Assembly (NCBI GenBank): GCA_012295275.1
Contig: CM022671.1
Location: 33,356,001-33,420,000 of the forward strand
Direction of reading: 5' to 3'
DNA from: Chrysomallon squamiferum
Taxonomy: Eukaryota > Animalia > Mollusca
Length of the DNA stretch: 64,000 bases
Shown here: piece by piece, positions 25,021 to 39,737 of the stretch
Layout: every line of letters starts with the position of its first letter
Position numbering within the stretch: position 1 is the stretch's first letter
The notes under the pieces: model-generated
Seen by the model: only the letters and a program-made list of their open reading frames with translations
Told to the model about the DNA's origin: nothing
Databases searched by the model: none
Position numbers and translations under genes: made by a program

Positions 25021-27207
25021 AACTCATATGAATCTTGTTTATATTATAATATATTATCTACATTATTTTCATTATATTACTATATACATTTATTTTGTTA
25101 TTACAATGAAGCATATAAAGGTACACATATACAGAAACACATATACATATATATATATAAACATTTTGTAAGATATTCAACTTGCAGAAATGATGATTAT
25201 ATAACAAATTTAATATCTTATTAGAATAAAAGGCTGATTCCAGAGTTTGCATTTATTAGTTAACTGTTCTATTAAAAATAATGTTATTGAAATAGTTATT
25301 AGCAAATTATGTACAAATTTAAAGATGGGATTTACCTAAAAATGGTCTTATTCTAGGCCAAAATTATGAAACATTATGTTGAATGATGAATAATATTTGT
25401 CTTTATAACAAAAATAAGAAATCGAAATATTTATAGAGTATTTACAAGAAAGCACTGAAAACATTTGATCAGTTTTGTGAAATCTGCACACTGTGATGAA
25501 ATAGATGCTTTGCATTGATTCTGTGGTAATTACATGGTCAGGCATTTTTATTTTATTTGAAAGATGAAATTAATGTTTATAAAAAAAATAAATAAAAAAA
25601 AATGGTTTCTTTTGTTAGGTTGCTGTCTTTTTCATCAAAATAATTATCCATTTCATACTTTAAACCTAAAAAAGGTTTAATTTGGGAATTTTTTAAACCA
25701 GACTGAAGTCATTTGTCTTTTTCAAGTCATTGTATCGTGCAACTAGAAGTGTTAATGTGTGGTGTGTCACTGAAACAAACTTATGCATCCTACAACATGC
25801 CCTTTAAAGGTGTATAATTGCGTTATGACAAATAAATGGTCTAATAAAATTCTTTATTTTTTCGAAGATGTTGGTGCCTAAGAACTTAACTTAAAAATCT
25901 TGTAAGAGAAGAATCATTTAATGTTCTCTAAAGTTTCCTAAACATGTCAGACCCAAAAGTGTTTTACTTTGACTTTGCCCCTGTAGAGAAATACATTCTT
26001 CTGACTGAAAAAAAACAACACCATCCTTTGTACAGAAGTATGTATCCACCTTGTTCCTTGTGTGTATGGAGCTAAGTGTGAACCTTGTGTGTGTGGAGCT
26101 AAGTGTGCACCTTGTGTGTGTGGAGCTAAGTGTGAACCTTGTGTGTGTGGAGCTAGGTGTGAATCTTGTGTGTGTGGAGCTAAGTGTGCACCTTGTGTGT
26201 GTGGAGATAAGTGTGCACCTTGTGTGTGCAGAATTAAATACCCACCAGTGTCTCTTGTGTGCAGAGTTAAACTGTCAAGTGTCACTTATTTACTTACTAG
26301 TCCACACCAATTTGGTAACACAGACTTCACAATTCAGATTACCTTTTTTGTCATAAACATAAATATACCATTTTGCCAACAAAATATATTTTTTACTGTA
26401 AACAAGATATCAACAAGATGTAACTATACATTACAATTTTAAACCTTTCATTTATATGAACTGGTAAAAATATATATGTATGTATTTCTTAAAATTATTT
26501 ATTATTATTGTTTTTTTTTTTTTTTAAATTTGTTATTACACTTAGGCAAAGGGCTACTTTGAATCTTAGTTTTGAAAATTGTTATTGTTTTCTTTGTAGA
26601 ATGATTTAGAAGAAAAAATAATAGCATTTTTGAAAACTAAGACAGAGCCACAACTAACACTGACAATTGCGAAAGCTTGTGGTTGTGAAACACGGAAGTA
26701 TGTTAATCCATCACTGTACGGCCTTGCGAAAAAAAACATTATTAAACAATGTAATACCCGTTCGCCTACCTGGCAGGTGAGTTAATGAGATTTTTAAAAC
26801 TAAATTTGTCAATTGAAAGAGTTATAAAATGTTAAAAATTATAATATTTAATCATTTAGTTTGAGTAAGTAGATCAGTCATTTCTTTTTAAATGATTTCT
26901 TCCAGTGTTGTTAAATATGAATCACTTCTGTACTTCTAACATTCCTTTACAACTTCAGATCAACCTTTAATAATAATAAAGCATGGTGATAACAATTTCT
27001 AGAGTATGCAGACAGACTGAAATTTTCCTTTTGTTTTGTGGCATTTCATATATAGAAACGGAAATAATCCAAGGAAAGTAAGGTTAATGTGAAATAATAT
27101 ATCTTTATAAAATCTGTATAAAATATATCTGAAAACCTCTTTCTTTTTGCAAATTGCATTTGATGTAGTCTTTTAACTTTAAAAACTTTTGTTTTCAGAT
27201 GATGTGA
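17366..27207 (+). CDS. Gene C: CARD + Z-alpha + tyrosine (ITAM-like) region + second Z-alpha (~426 aa)
   Basis: Exons 17366-17491, 18027-18192, 18863-18967, 19479-19600, 20145-20348, 20740-20795, 21253-21352, 23272-23332, 23623-23679, 24850-24947, 26600-26776, 27199-27207 (1281 nt, open). CARD: MDKEHLRENDLVRRLSSEFKSKIVPSQIIPYLDVHRISREDE/DLILAKETTEGAMAAAYLLLNRLSRNYDWFNSLLRTLRHEEVRLHHVACTFEEIK. The central exon path is inferred. Confidence 0.72.
20145..20348 (+). CDS. Z-alpha domain exon (type B) of gene C; identical protein at 37152-37355
   Basis: SELKDKILEFLKTNPGPQETIKIAKACGYKSRSDVNPVIYSLEKEGLLQKCTDQPPSWQ retains N, Y, P-P-x-W. Compare ADAR1 Za [27 protein letters not shown]. Confidence 0.92.
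21470..21690. repeat. Degenerate intronic tandem repeat (also 38460-38685)
   Basis: Recurring tacatcactgcatcatttcagtatgtcatatatcatgttagtt-like units. Confidence 0.75.
22192..22250 (+). pseudogene. 3'-truncated copy of the first SH2 exon (also from 39183)
   Basis: KHEEKEYTKAEVTQALQH and about 300 bp of upstream intron match 47085 onward. The sequence then diverges before the SH2 Trp and lacks the original donor. Confidence 0.7.
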
Positions 27208-28910
27208 AAAGAACTTTCGTAGATATAATGAAATACTGGGTAAAAAAAGCGACAAAATGAGAACCTTCCAACACATCATTTTTGCATATGATAAATGTTT
27301 TCTTCAAATCATACATCTGTGACTTTTTAAATAACATTACAGCATGGCAGGAAAAACAAACAAAATAAGAAAAGTGCTTATCTAAAATTAGAGAAGTCAC
27401 GTCTCTGTGAGTGAATTTGGAACAGTTCCAGGTTGTGAAGCAGTTAATTGTAACTGGAAGCGAGCACATTGATAATCTCTGATGTACAAATATCTGGACT
27501 AGTACTGTTCAAAGTTTACAAAATCTGTCAATATCCAGCTGTTATTTAAATCCAAAATGAAATTTGTCATTCATCTGAAATGCAAATAATTTAGGTTGTA
27601 CACTTTAAATGTGAAATTTTGAAGTTGGAATTAAAATAACTGAAATTGTTTTGATGACCTATTTTAATCTAAGAGTAAAAAATTATTCAAAGGAATTTAT
27701 AAGATTTAAATTTTTTAAATAGCAGAGGCCTTTTAAAATGAAGATATTGAAATTGTCTTTAAAATTCTTATGAAACAATTATGTACATTTTTTAGAAATG
27801 TTGTTATATATTGATTTTATATTTGTATGAGTATTTAAAAAATGATCTATTTATTATGTAAATCAAATAAATATTATAATATTTGTATTTATTTATTTAT
27901 TATTTTTTAAATCTGTTGAATTACAACATGAGATCTTACAAATTATTAATATCTTGTTAATCATATACTTGATTATGATTGAAAAATACCTTTTTAAGAA
28001 TAACAGTTCTGGTGTAAATAAAATATTAAATATTTTTATATAAAGAATAAATTATTTTATTATGTATTCAGTTTCGTTTCAGTCAGTTAATCTTCTACTG
28101 CAGAAGTACAAAATCAAAGAAACAAAGAAACAAACATACAAAAAAAAAAAAAAAAAAAAAAAACAAACAAATAAACAAATTAGTAATTAAAAATATCTAT
28201 AAAATGACTAATGGGAAAGAAGGTAGAAACATTTTAATGACACGATCAGCACATTCCAACCTACCATTGTGTGAGTCATATTATACAGGTTTAAGATCCA
28301 TCATAAGAGAAATCCCACTTCCATTAGACTGAGTTTGTTCTTTAATCATTAGCTGTAACATACATATATTCAAAAAGAAAGAAAGGTTATGAATAAATTC
28401 AACCTGCACGCACACGCACAACAGTATTTATTTGAATTGTAACTTTACAATTTTTGTTTCTTTAAACTGATTCCAAACTAAAATAAACTTAAGTCTTCAG
28501 TTCTTTGCTAATGGAACAAAACTGCTTGGTCTTTGCATGATGACAAATCCAATCCAAACACTTAAACAGCGCGTGTTATTTATATACGATACAAACATTA
28601 CCAAAATAGTGTATAACATCTGCTTTAAATTTAAAAAACAAAGAAACAACAGCTACAACAAGAACAAGAAAAAAATCAAAGAAAAAGTTAAAATAAATAA
28701 ATAAACAATAATAATAAAATTAAATTAAAATTTTAAAATAAAAAAAATTAAAAATTAAAAATAACAAAAAAGATATAAAACATGAGGGGGGAGAGGGTAG
28801 GTGCGCAGCAACCTGTGGAAATTACACAGAAAGAAACACTACTATGGAAAGCACTAGCAGTAAAATCTTCGTCGGGTGTTTATTAGTCAGTTATATTTGA
28901 AATGTTTGTA

Positions 28911-28945
<35 letters not shown>

Positions 28946-29131
28946 GTAGTAGTAGTAGTAGTCATTATTATAAATTCAGTTACGATCATCAGAAATTATA
29001 TTTCAGTTTATTTTAATTCAAAATTAGAAACTTTGTTATACAAATATTTACTTCCTGGTCAGCAAATTTCTACTTTCATTTTCTCGCTGAATAATTTGAC
29101 TAATATAGAAATATTATTATATATCGTTGAG

Positions 29132-29173
<42 letters not shown>

Positions 29174-29339
29174 TTTAATATTTTTTAAAAAAAAAGAGTT
29201 AATTGTCAAATTCGAAACAGTTTAATATATTTGAAATTAGTGTAATATCTTTCGTTACTATTAGATATATATAAAGAGAGAAAAAATTATTTTTGTATTA
29301 GATTAAAATAATATGATTTTATGTTTCCAGTTGTTTATC

Positions 29340-29576
29340 ATGGATAATGGGATTTGAGAGAAAATGACTTAGTAAGAAAATTATCGTCTGAGTTTAAGTC
29401 AAAAATAGTGCCATCTCAAATAATACATCATTTTGATGTTCATCGTATTTCCAGGGAAGAGGAAGTTAGTTGGTGTTTTGATTTTGTATTAAATATTAAA
29501 ATATTAGATCTTTCATTCTTTGAACAACAATGACAGACAGTTTAACAAAGTCACCAATAAGAAAAAATTAAATAAT

Positions 29577-29614
<38 letters not shown>

Positions 29615-30319
29615 GACAAAGAAATTTTTAATTTTTATTATTATTATTTTTGAATGGATTTAATTTTATAGTTTCACTTTAGGTTGGAAAATAAAAGATA
29701 TAGGGTGTGTCTAGCAGAGATTTTAAATAATTGTCAGTAAAAGTTTCAAGTCAAGGAGGTTTTGAATAGTTTCATGAGAACCATATAATTTCATAACCAA
29801 AAACATATTGATAATTGATTTGTAACCAAGTAATAATTAGTTAGATATTAAAGTTTTAAAATGTAAAATAATTATATTATTACAATCTTAAAAATGTTCA
29901 TTAAGCAAAATACATAATCAGTTTATGTTTTTTAAATATATCTATATATATATATATATTATTTTTTTTTTTTTTTTGCATAGGATTTAATATTAGCAAA
30001 AGAAACAAATAAAGGACCAATGGCAGCAGCTTATTTATTGCTGAAACATCTTTCACAAAAATATGACTGGTTTAACAACTTACTGAGAACACTCAGACAT
30101 GACGACGTCCGGTTGCATCACGTAGCACATACATTTGAAGAAATTAAAAGTATTGTTCAATTTCAGTTTTAACATGTCTTCATGTGAACTAACAAAAGAA
30201 CTTTACAAATATAAATACTGCATGGGACTGTGTTTATGTTTATTGATATATTTTAAATTAATAGTTCTTGGTTGCAAAACTTGATTTATTTATTTATATT
30301 ATATGTATGTGTGTGTGTG

Positions 30320-30399
<80 letters not shown>

Positions 30400-32982
30400 G
30401 CAGCAACAAATTTGTAAATTTTTTTTTTTCTCTAGAAAAAAAAAGATCATAGCTTGGTGTTTGTTAAAAAAAAGTGATTGGCCATCACCTGCAGTAAAAT
30501 TAGGAGGATTGATCCTGGAGCATGTCATTGCTACCCTGTGATTAACTAAGTCATGGAAACGTTTTAATAAATTAATTTGACTGTTTCACACAAACTGACT
30601 ACAAAATTTACAAGAAAGTTGTTCATATGTGATGCATTGTTGAATTTATAAAGGATTTGTAGATATGTGTGGCCTTATTGTCCTTATCTGTTCATTGTTA
30701 GAAAATTCCTTTTTGTTATCCAGCTTATGAAGTGTGTGTGTGTGTGTGTTTGTTTATAAATCTCTATAATTTGAAATTCATTTATTCTGAATTTTATTTA
30801 TTTTTAATGTTTGTTGTCATTTTTTGCAGGACAAGTGGATAATCACTGGAACAGTCTGCCGCCAGAAAATCCTCATTCTGTTTCAGACATAAATCAGACT
30901 ACAGTTAACGAATTTAAATTTGGCAAGCCAAAAAGTAAGTTCTATTTACAAAGAAAACAAAGAAAAGAATAATGAATTTAATTTTAATTGAATTCCTGAA
31001 ACTGAGCTATGATATCCTGGGTGTGACAGATTTGGATAAGATAAATGAATGGCTTAAATTAATCTCTTTATAATATCCAATACATATTGATACAGTATTT
31101 GCCTGATCAGCATTGTCAGTATTCCTCACCACATCTCCTGGATTATTACAGTCAGTATTTATACCAGTATAGGTATGTGTGTATTATTTACATATGTATG
31201 TTTATATTTATTAGAAAACAATTGATGAAAACTAATTGATTAATTTAAATTCAGACTGAATTAATTGATATGGTATTTGTAATACTGAGAAAAGCCTTTC
31301 AGGTTCTTCATGAAAATAAAAATAAAAAGTTAAAGTTTTGTTCTCTTTCTCATACGTTTTTCATTCTCCCTCCCACATTTGTATTATGTCTGTATTTAAA
31401 AATGTGTGTATGTGTTTTAGGTGATTATGTCACAGATGTAGGTCATTCAGGAAGGCCATATTTAAGAAAAATTGAAACTGCACAAAAGGGGAAGCTTCCA
31501 TGTATGTTGATGCCAAAAGTGCTGATAACAAGCCAGATAAGGTAAAAATAAATGTTTCATTATTATCCCAATCTTTGTGATTGATGCATAAAATCTGAAC
31601 TGTAAGTAAATATTAAAAATGGAAACATACAGTATTCAGCATTTTCTGATTTCTTGTGCAAATTGATTTAGAGAAGTGGGTTGTTTGTTTTATAACATGC
31701 TAACACCATTACAGGACACCTGCAAAGCAACACACTAAGGACATTTCACACAGAACCAGTTAAAAACCTATTAACAGCAATCCACAGCATACATGGAGAG
31801 CATGGGACTTATGGTGCCTATTACCTTAAAACAGAATCAGAATATTTTCTCTTTATTATGAATAGTATGTCTATAAGTGTGTGCATGAAAATTATCTCTT
31901 CCTGCTAAAAAGTAAGAATGGTGTGCAGAACTGAGGTGTCAGATTTTTTCTTTCCCTTGTTACATAAAATCATTTCACATAGAATTAATATTATGATGCT
32001 GTCCATTATTCATGATATTATTATAAAAATATTCAAAAGCACATTTAAAGAAAGTGAATTCAATCCTTTTGTTTACTTTTCAGAGTGAATTAAAAGATAA
32101 AATACTAGAATTTTTAAAAACTAATCCAGGACCACAGGAAACAATAAAATTGCAAAAGCCTGTGGTTATAAATCACGTTCAGATGTGAATCCTGTAATTT
32201 ATAGCCTAGAGAAAGAGGGTCTTCTCCAGAAATGTACTGACCAACCTCCCTCCTGGCAGTACATCAATATGAGTATTGTAGACAGGGTAGAAAGATAAGA
32301 AATAAAATAAAATTACACATCTTCTTTTTTTCTTTTTTTTTTTTGTGTGGGGTGAATGGGCAGAGAAATAAGCATCAAATTAAAAAGTTGTTTAATCTTT
32401 CTGATCTTTGTTTAAACTGGTAAATGATCAAGAAATAGAAACCAATTTCTATACTGTTAACGTCAAATGTAATAGATAATAAGAAATTTTAAAAAGCATT
32501 ACATGAATCACCATTGTTTTTTAGTAATCACAAATGTAGCAGGAGGCATCTAAGAAGATCTCAGTTTCCAAAATATCATACTTGCAATACTGCTGTGAAA
32601 AAAAATAATAATAACATTTGTTAAGAATTATAATATTTTTAAAATTTGACAAAACTTTTGTTTTCTAATATTTTCAGACAAATGAATGTACAGAACACAA
32701 GGAAGATGATGGTTATGCAACATTAAATTATAGGTTAATTTTAACTTCAATGAATATCCAGTGTGAGATTGAAATTGTTCTGTTTTAAGTTATTTGCATA
32801 AATCAGTAATATTTCTATAAAGATGAAATGCATGCATCAGTTGGAATTCCATACTTGATCTTGAATTGAGCTATATTTCTAGGTGTTTAAATTAATATAT
32901 TAAAAATCTTAGCATTTATTATAAAAACAAAATAATAATAATAATTTGTAATTATTTAACTCTGAAAATATACTAGAACTGC
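29340..32982 (+). pseudogene. Gene D: frameshifted, gap-truncated copy of the CARD-Za(B) gene (pseudogene, allele or assembly artefact)
   Basis: Exons 29340-29464, 29984-30149, 30830-30934, 31421-31541, 32084-32286, 32678-32733. Exons 1, 4 and 5 are each 1 nt shorter than in genes C and E (the exon 4 and 5 deletions are in A-runs). The copy ends at the N gap. Confidence 0.7.
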
Positions 32983-33182
32983 NNNNNNNNNNNNNNNNNN
33001 NNNNNNNNNNNNNNNNNNNNNNNNNNNNNNNNNNNNNNNNNNNNNNNNNNNNNNNNNNNNNNNNNNNNNNNNNNNNNNNNNNNNNNNNNNNNNNNNNNNN
33101 NNNNNNNNNNNNNNNNNNNNNNNNNNNNNNNNNNNNNNNNNNNNNNNNNNNNNNNNNNNNNNNNNNNNNNNNNNNNNNNNNN
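32983..33182. other. Assembly gap (200 N)
   Basis: Run of N in the sequence. Confidence 1.
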
Positions 33183-34045
33183 AATTATTTTATTATGTAT
33201 TCAGTTTCGTTTTCAGTCAGTTAATCTTCTACTGCAGAAGTACAAAATCAAAGAAACAAACATACAAAAAAAAAAAAAAAAAAAAAAACAACAACAAATA
33301 AAACAAATTAGTAATTAAAAATATCTATAAAATGACTAATGGGAAAGAAGGTAGAAACATTTTAATGACACGATCAGCACATTCCAACCCTACCATTGTG
33401 TGAGTCATATTATACAGGTTTAAGATCCATCATAAGAGAATCCCACTTCCATTAGACTGGAGTTTGTTCTTTTAATCATTAGCTGTAACATACATATATT
33501 CAAAAAGAAAGAAAGGTTATGAATAAATTCAACCTGCACGCACACACGCACAACAGTATTTATTTGAATTGTAACTTTACAATTTTTGTTTCTTTAAACT
33601 GATTCCAAACTAAAATAAACTTAAGTCTTCAGTTCTTTTTGCTAATGGAACAAAACTGCTTGGTCTTTGCATGATGACAAATCAATCCAAACACTTAAAC
33701 AGCGCGTGTTATTTATATACGATACAAACATTACCAAAATAGTGTATAACATCTGCTTTAAATTTAAAAAACAAAGAAACAACAGCTACAACAAGAACAA
33801 GAAAAAAAATCAAAGAAAAAGTTAAAATAAATAAATAAACAATAATAATAAAATTAAATTAAAATTTTAAAATAAAAAAACTTTAACAATTAAAAATAAC
33901 AAAAAAGATATAAAACATGAGGGGGGAGAGGGTAGGTGCGCAGCAACCTGTGGAAATTACACAGAAAGAAACACTACTATGGAAAGCACTAGCAGTAAAA
34001 TCTTCGTCGGGTGTTTATTAGTCAGTCATATTTGAAATGTTTGTA

Positions 34046-34085
<40 letters not shown>

Positions 34086-34244
34086 AATTCAGTTACGATC
34101 ATCAGAAATTATATTTCAGTTTATTTTAATTCAAAATTAGAAACTTTGTTATACAAATATTTACTTCCTGGTCAGCAAATTTCTACTTTCATTTTCTCGC
34201 TGAATAATTTAACTAATACAGAAATATTATTATATATCGTTGAG

Positions 34245-34277
<33 letters not shown>

Positions 34278-34434
34278 AATATTTTATTAAAAAAAAAAAG
34301 ACTTAATTGTCAAATTCGAAACAGTTTAATATATTTCAAATTAGTGTAATACCTTTAGATACATAAGAAAGAGAGAAAAAATTATTTTTGTATTAGATTA
34401 AAATAATATGATTTTATATTTTCAGTTATTTATC

Positions 34435-35395
34435 ATGGATAATGGGACTGCGAGAGAAAATGACTTAGTAAGAAAATTATCGTCCCAGTTTAAGTCAAAA
34501 ATAGTGCCATCTCAAATAATACATCATTTTGATGTTCAACGTATTTCCAGGGAAGAGGAAGTTAGTTGGTGTTTTGATTTTGTATTAAATATTAATATAT
34601 TAGATCTTTCATTCTTTGAACAACAATGACAGACAGTTTAACAAAGTCACCAATAAGAAAATTAAATAATGTTATTTAAAAAAAAGAAAAAAAAAAAAAA
34701 AAAAAATGGACAAAGAAATTTTAATTTTTATTATTATTATTTTGAATGGATTTAATTTTATAGTTTCACTTTAGGTTGGAAAGTAAAAGATATAGGGTGT
34801 GTCTAGCAGAGATTTTAAATAATTGTCAGTAAAAGTTTCAAGTCAAGGAGGATTTGAATAGTTTCATGAGAACCCTATAATTTCATAACCAAAAACATAC
34901 TGATTTGTAACCAAGTAATAATTAGTTAGATATTAAAGTTTTAAAATGTAAATTAATTATGTTATTACAATCTCAAAAATGTTCATTAAGCAAAATACCT
35001 AATCAGTTTATGTTTTAAATTATATTATTATTATTAATTTTTTTTTTTTTTGCTTAGGAATTAATATTAGCAGAAGAAACAAATAAAGGACCAATGGCAG
35101 CAGCTTATTTATTGCTGAAACATCTTGCACAAAAATATGACTGGTTTAACAACTTACTGAGAACACTCAGACGTGACGACGTCCGGTTGCGTCACGTAGC
35201 ACATACATTTGAAGAAATTAAAAGTATTGTTCAATTTCAGTTTTAACATGTCTTCATGTGAACTAACAAAAGAACTTTACAAATATAAATACTGCATGGG
35301 ACTGTGTTTATGTTTATTGATATATTTTTAAATTAATAGTTCTTGGTTGCAAAACTTGATTTATTTATTTATATGTATGTGTATGTGTGTGTGTG

Positions 35396-35469
<74 letters not shown>

Positions 35470-38400
35470 GCAGCAACAAATTTGTAATATTTTTTTTTTT
35501 CTCTAGAAATTAAAAAGATCATAGCTTGGTGTTTGTTAAAAAAGTGATTGGCCATCACCTGCAGTAAAATTAGGAGGATTGATCCTGGAGCATGTCATTG
35601 CTACCCTGTGATTAACTAAGTCATGGAAACGTTTTAATAAATTAATTTGACTGTTTCACACAAACTGACTACAAAATTTACAAGAAAGTTGTTCATATGT
35701 GATGCATTGTTGAATTTATAAAGGATTTGTAGATATGTGTGGCCTTATTGTCCTTATCTGTTCATTGTTAGAAAATTCCTTTTTGTTATCCAGCTTATGA
35801 AGTGTGTGTGTGTGTGTGTGTTTGTTTATAAATCTCTATAATTTGAAATTCATTTATTCTGAATTTTATTTATTTTTAATGTTTGTTGTCATTTTTTGTA
35901 GGACAAGTGGATAATTACTGGAACAGTCTGCCGCCAGAAAATCCTCATTTTGTTTCAGACATAAATCAGACTACAGTTAACGAATTTAAATTTGGCAAGC
36001 CAAAAAGTATGTTCTATTTACAAAGAAAACGAAGAAAATAATAATTAATTTAATTTTAATTGAATTCCTGAAACTGAGCTATGATATCCTGGGTGTGACA
36101 GATATGGATAAGATAAATGAATGGCTTAAATTAATCTCTTTATAATATCCAATACATATTGATACAGTATTTGCCTGATCAGCATTGTCAGTACTCCTTA
36201 CCACATCTCCTGGATTATTACAGTCAGTATTTATACCAGTATAGGTATGTGTGTATTATTTACATATGTATGTTTATATTTATTAGAAAACAATTGATGA
36301 AAACTAATTGATTAATTTAAATTCAGACTGAATTAATTGATATGGTATGTAATACAAGCCTTTCAGGTTCTTCATGAAAAATAAAAATAAAAAGTTAAAG
36401 TTTTGTTCTCTTTCTCATACGTTTTTCATTCTCCCTCCCACATTTGTATTATGTCTGTATTTAAAAATGTGTGTATGTGTTTTAGGTGATTATGTCACAG
36501 ATGTAGGTCATTCAGGAAGGCCATATTTAAGAAAAATTGAAACTGCACAAAAAGGGGAAGCTTCCATGTATGTTGATGCCAAAAGTGCTGATAACAAGCC
36601 AGATAAGGTAAAAATAAATGTTTCATTATTATCCCAATCTTTGTGATTGATGCATAAAATCTGAACTGTAAGTAAATATTAAAAATGGAAACATACAGTA
36701 TTCAGCATTTTCTGATTTCTTGTGCAAATTGATTTAGAGAAGTGGGTTGTTTGTTTTATAACATGCTAACACCATTACAGGACACCTGGCAAAGCAACAC
36801 ACTAAGGACATTTCACACAGAACCAGTTAAAAAACCTATTAACAGCAATCCACAGCATACATGGAGAGCATGCGACTTATGGTGCCTATTACCTTAAAAC
36901 AGAATCAGAATATTTTCTCTTTATTATGAATAGTATGTCTATAAGTGTGTGCATGAAAATTATCTCTTCCTGCTAAAAAGTAAGAATGGTGTGCAGAACT
37001 GAGGTGTCAGATTTTTTCTTTCCCTTGTTACATAAAATCATTTCACATAGAATTAATATTATGATGCTGTCCATTATTCATGATATTATTATAAAAATAT
37101 TCAAAAGCACATTTAAAGAAAGTGAATTCAATCCTTTTGTTTACTTTTCAGAGTGAATTAAAAGATAAAATACTAGAATTTTTAAAAACTAATCCAGGAC
37201 CACAGGAAACAATAAAAATTGCAAAAGCCTGTGGTTATAAATCACGTTCAGATGTGAATCCCGTAATTTATAGCCTAGAGAAAGAGGGTCTTCTCCAGAA
37301 ATGTACTGACCAACCTCCCTCCTGGCAGTACATCAATATGAGTATTGTAGACAGGGTAGAAAGATAAGAAATAAAATAAAATTACACATCCACTTTTTTT
37401 CTTTTTTTTTTTTGTGTGGGGTGAATGGGCAGAGAAATAAGCATCAAATTAAAAAGTTGTTTAATCTTTCTGATCTTTGTTTAAACTGGTAAATGATCAA
37501 GAAATAGAAACCAATTTCTATACTGTTAACGTCAAATGTAATAGATAATAAGAAATTTTAAAAAGCATTACATGAATCACCATTGTTTTTTAGTAATCAC
37601 AAATGTAGCAGGAGGCATCTAAGAAGATCTCAGTTTCCAAAATATCATACTTGCAATACTGCTGTGAAAAAAATAATAATAACATTTGTTAAGAATTATA
37701 ATATTTTTAAAATTTGACAAAAACTTTTGTTTTCTAATATTTTCAGACAAATGAATGTACAGAACACAAGGAAGATGATGGTTATGCAACATTAAATTAT
37801 AGGTTAATTTTAACTTCACGAATATCCAGTGTGAGATTGAAATTGTTCTGTTTTAAGTTATTTGCATAAATCAGTAATATTTCTATAAAGATGAAATGCA
37901 TGCATCAGTTGGAATTCCATACTTGATCTTGAATTGAGCTATATTTCTAGGTGTTTAAATTAATATATTAAAAATCTTAGCATTTATTATAAAAAACAAA
38001 ATAATAATAATAATTTGTAATTATTTAACTCTGAAAATATACTGAACTGCCTGTTATTTATTTTTATTATTATTATTATTATTATTAGTTTCATACTCTA
38101 CGTGAAAGGGTTTACTTTTGGAAACTGTTAGAAGTTATCATGACAACAGTTATTTTATTTATTTAATTATTTATATTTTAAACTAAATCAACACATGGAG
38201 AAATTCTTTATCAATATAAAATCCTGCTTGGTATTATTTTCCAGTATTCAAAAGTCCACTGACGAAAGTGATGTTTATGATCAGCTTGAGAATATTCATT
38301 TTGATGACAATCCGGAATACCATGACAGACAGCGTGACACTGCAGTAAGTTATAATAAAACAACTACTTCGAAAATCACACACACCAACATTTCTAGTAC

Positions 38401-39705
38401 TGAATTAATAGTGAGATGAGTAGTGGGTTGTAGTAGAGTAAGTTACATTAGTACATGTCACACTACAGCACGGCAGTGTACATCACTACACTGCATCATA
38501 TCATGTGTCAGTGTACATCATTACATCATGTCAGTATGTCATATATCATGTTAGTTTACATCACTGCATCATTTCAGTATGTCATATATCATGTTAGTTT
38601 ACATCACTGCATCATTTCAGTATGTCATGTATCATGTCAGTGTACATCACTATATATAGTTTATATTATTGCATCATGTCATTAGAGATCAAATTACAGT
38701 AAATGCTCAATTTAATGGATTGATATTTTATTATAACATGAAATATTTAATGTACTCTCCAGTTTTAATATTAAATATTGAGTAACAGCAATTCCTTTGC
38801 TCTAATTAAGTCTGCTCGGGAATAAAAATGTATCTGAATTGTAATATATGGATGGAGATGTACCATTTGTTTTCTGGTAGCAGGTTGAAGAAGTCAAAGT
38901 CACTTTTTGTAAAAAAATAATTATACTAACCCCTCTTAAAAAACCCTAAAAATAATAATAAAAGATATAAATCTCTAAATGATGGCAGTCTCAGAAGTTG
39001 TTCTTCAGATGATGTAAAAGTTTCTGGTTCATCCATCTGCACAAATCATTGAGTATGAGACTTCCTTTGCACCTAAAACAGTCTGCTAAATCCAAATATT
39101 CATTAAATCAGATACACTGTATGTCACGTTGTTATGTGAAGTTATGTCTGGTTCTCTCTCACTGTTAGTACTCACATTGCAGAAACATGAAGAGAAGGAA
39201 TATACCAAAGCAGAAGTAACACAAGCCCTTCAACATCTGGCAGTACATCACTGTGAATATTGTAGACATGGTAGAAATTGTCTCATAATTATCATATATA
39301 TTCTCACTATATACACATAAATGTAATAAAAGTATATTATTCTACTGAATATGCTTTCTCATTTATTTATTCTTTAACATTACAGCTGGATAATGTGCCT
39401 CTCTCTTCTGCAGCTTATGACTTCATTTTTCTCATTTTATTTCCATTTGTAAAAATACTGAGGACAGTTAGTACACTGGTATGAAAATATTGAGGAAAAT
39501 TAGTTTTAAAAGACTTACAAAGGGAACAGAAATATAGATATAACAGATATTCAACATGAAATATTTTTAACCAGTGGTTACATAACTCCACACATGTGGA
39601 TATATACTACACAGAAAAGCCAAGGAAGCTTGCTGCTGTCACATAAGGAGCCATTTTCTAATCTCAACAAGAGATCCTTTTTAATCAGCCTCCGCAAGGC
39701 AGTGT

Positions 39706-39737
<32 letters not shown>

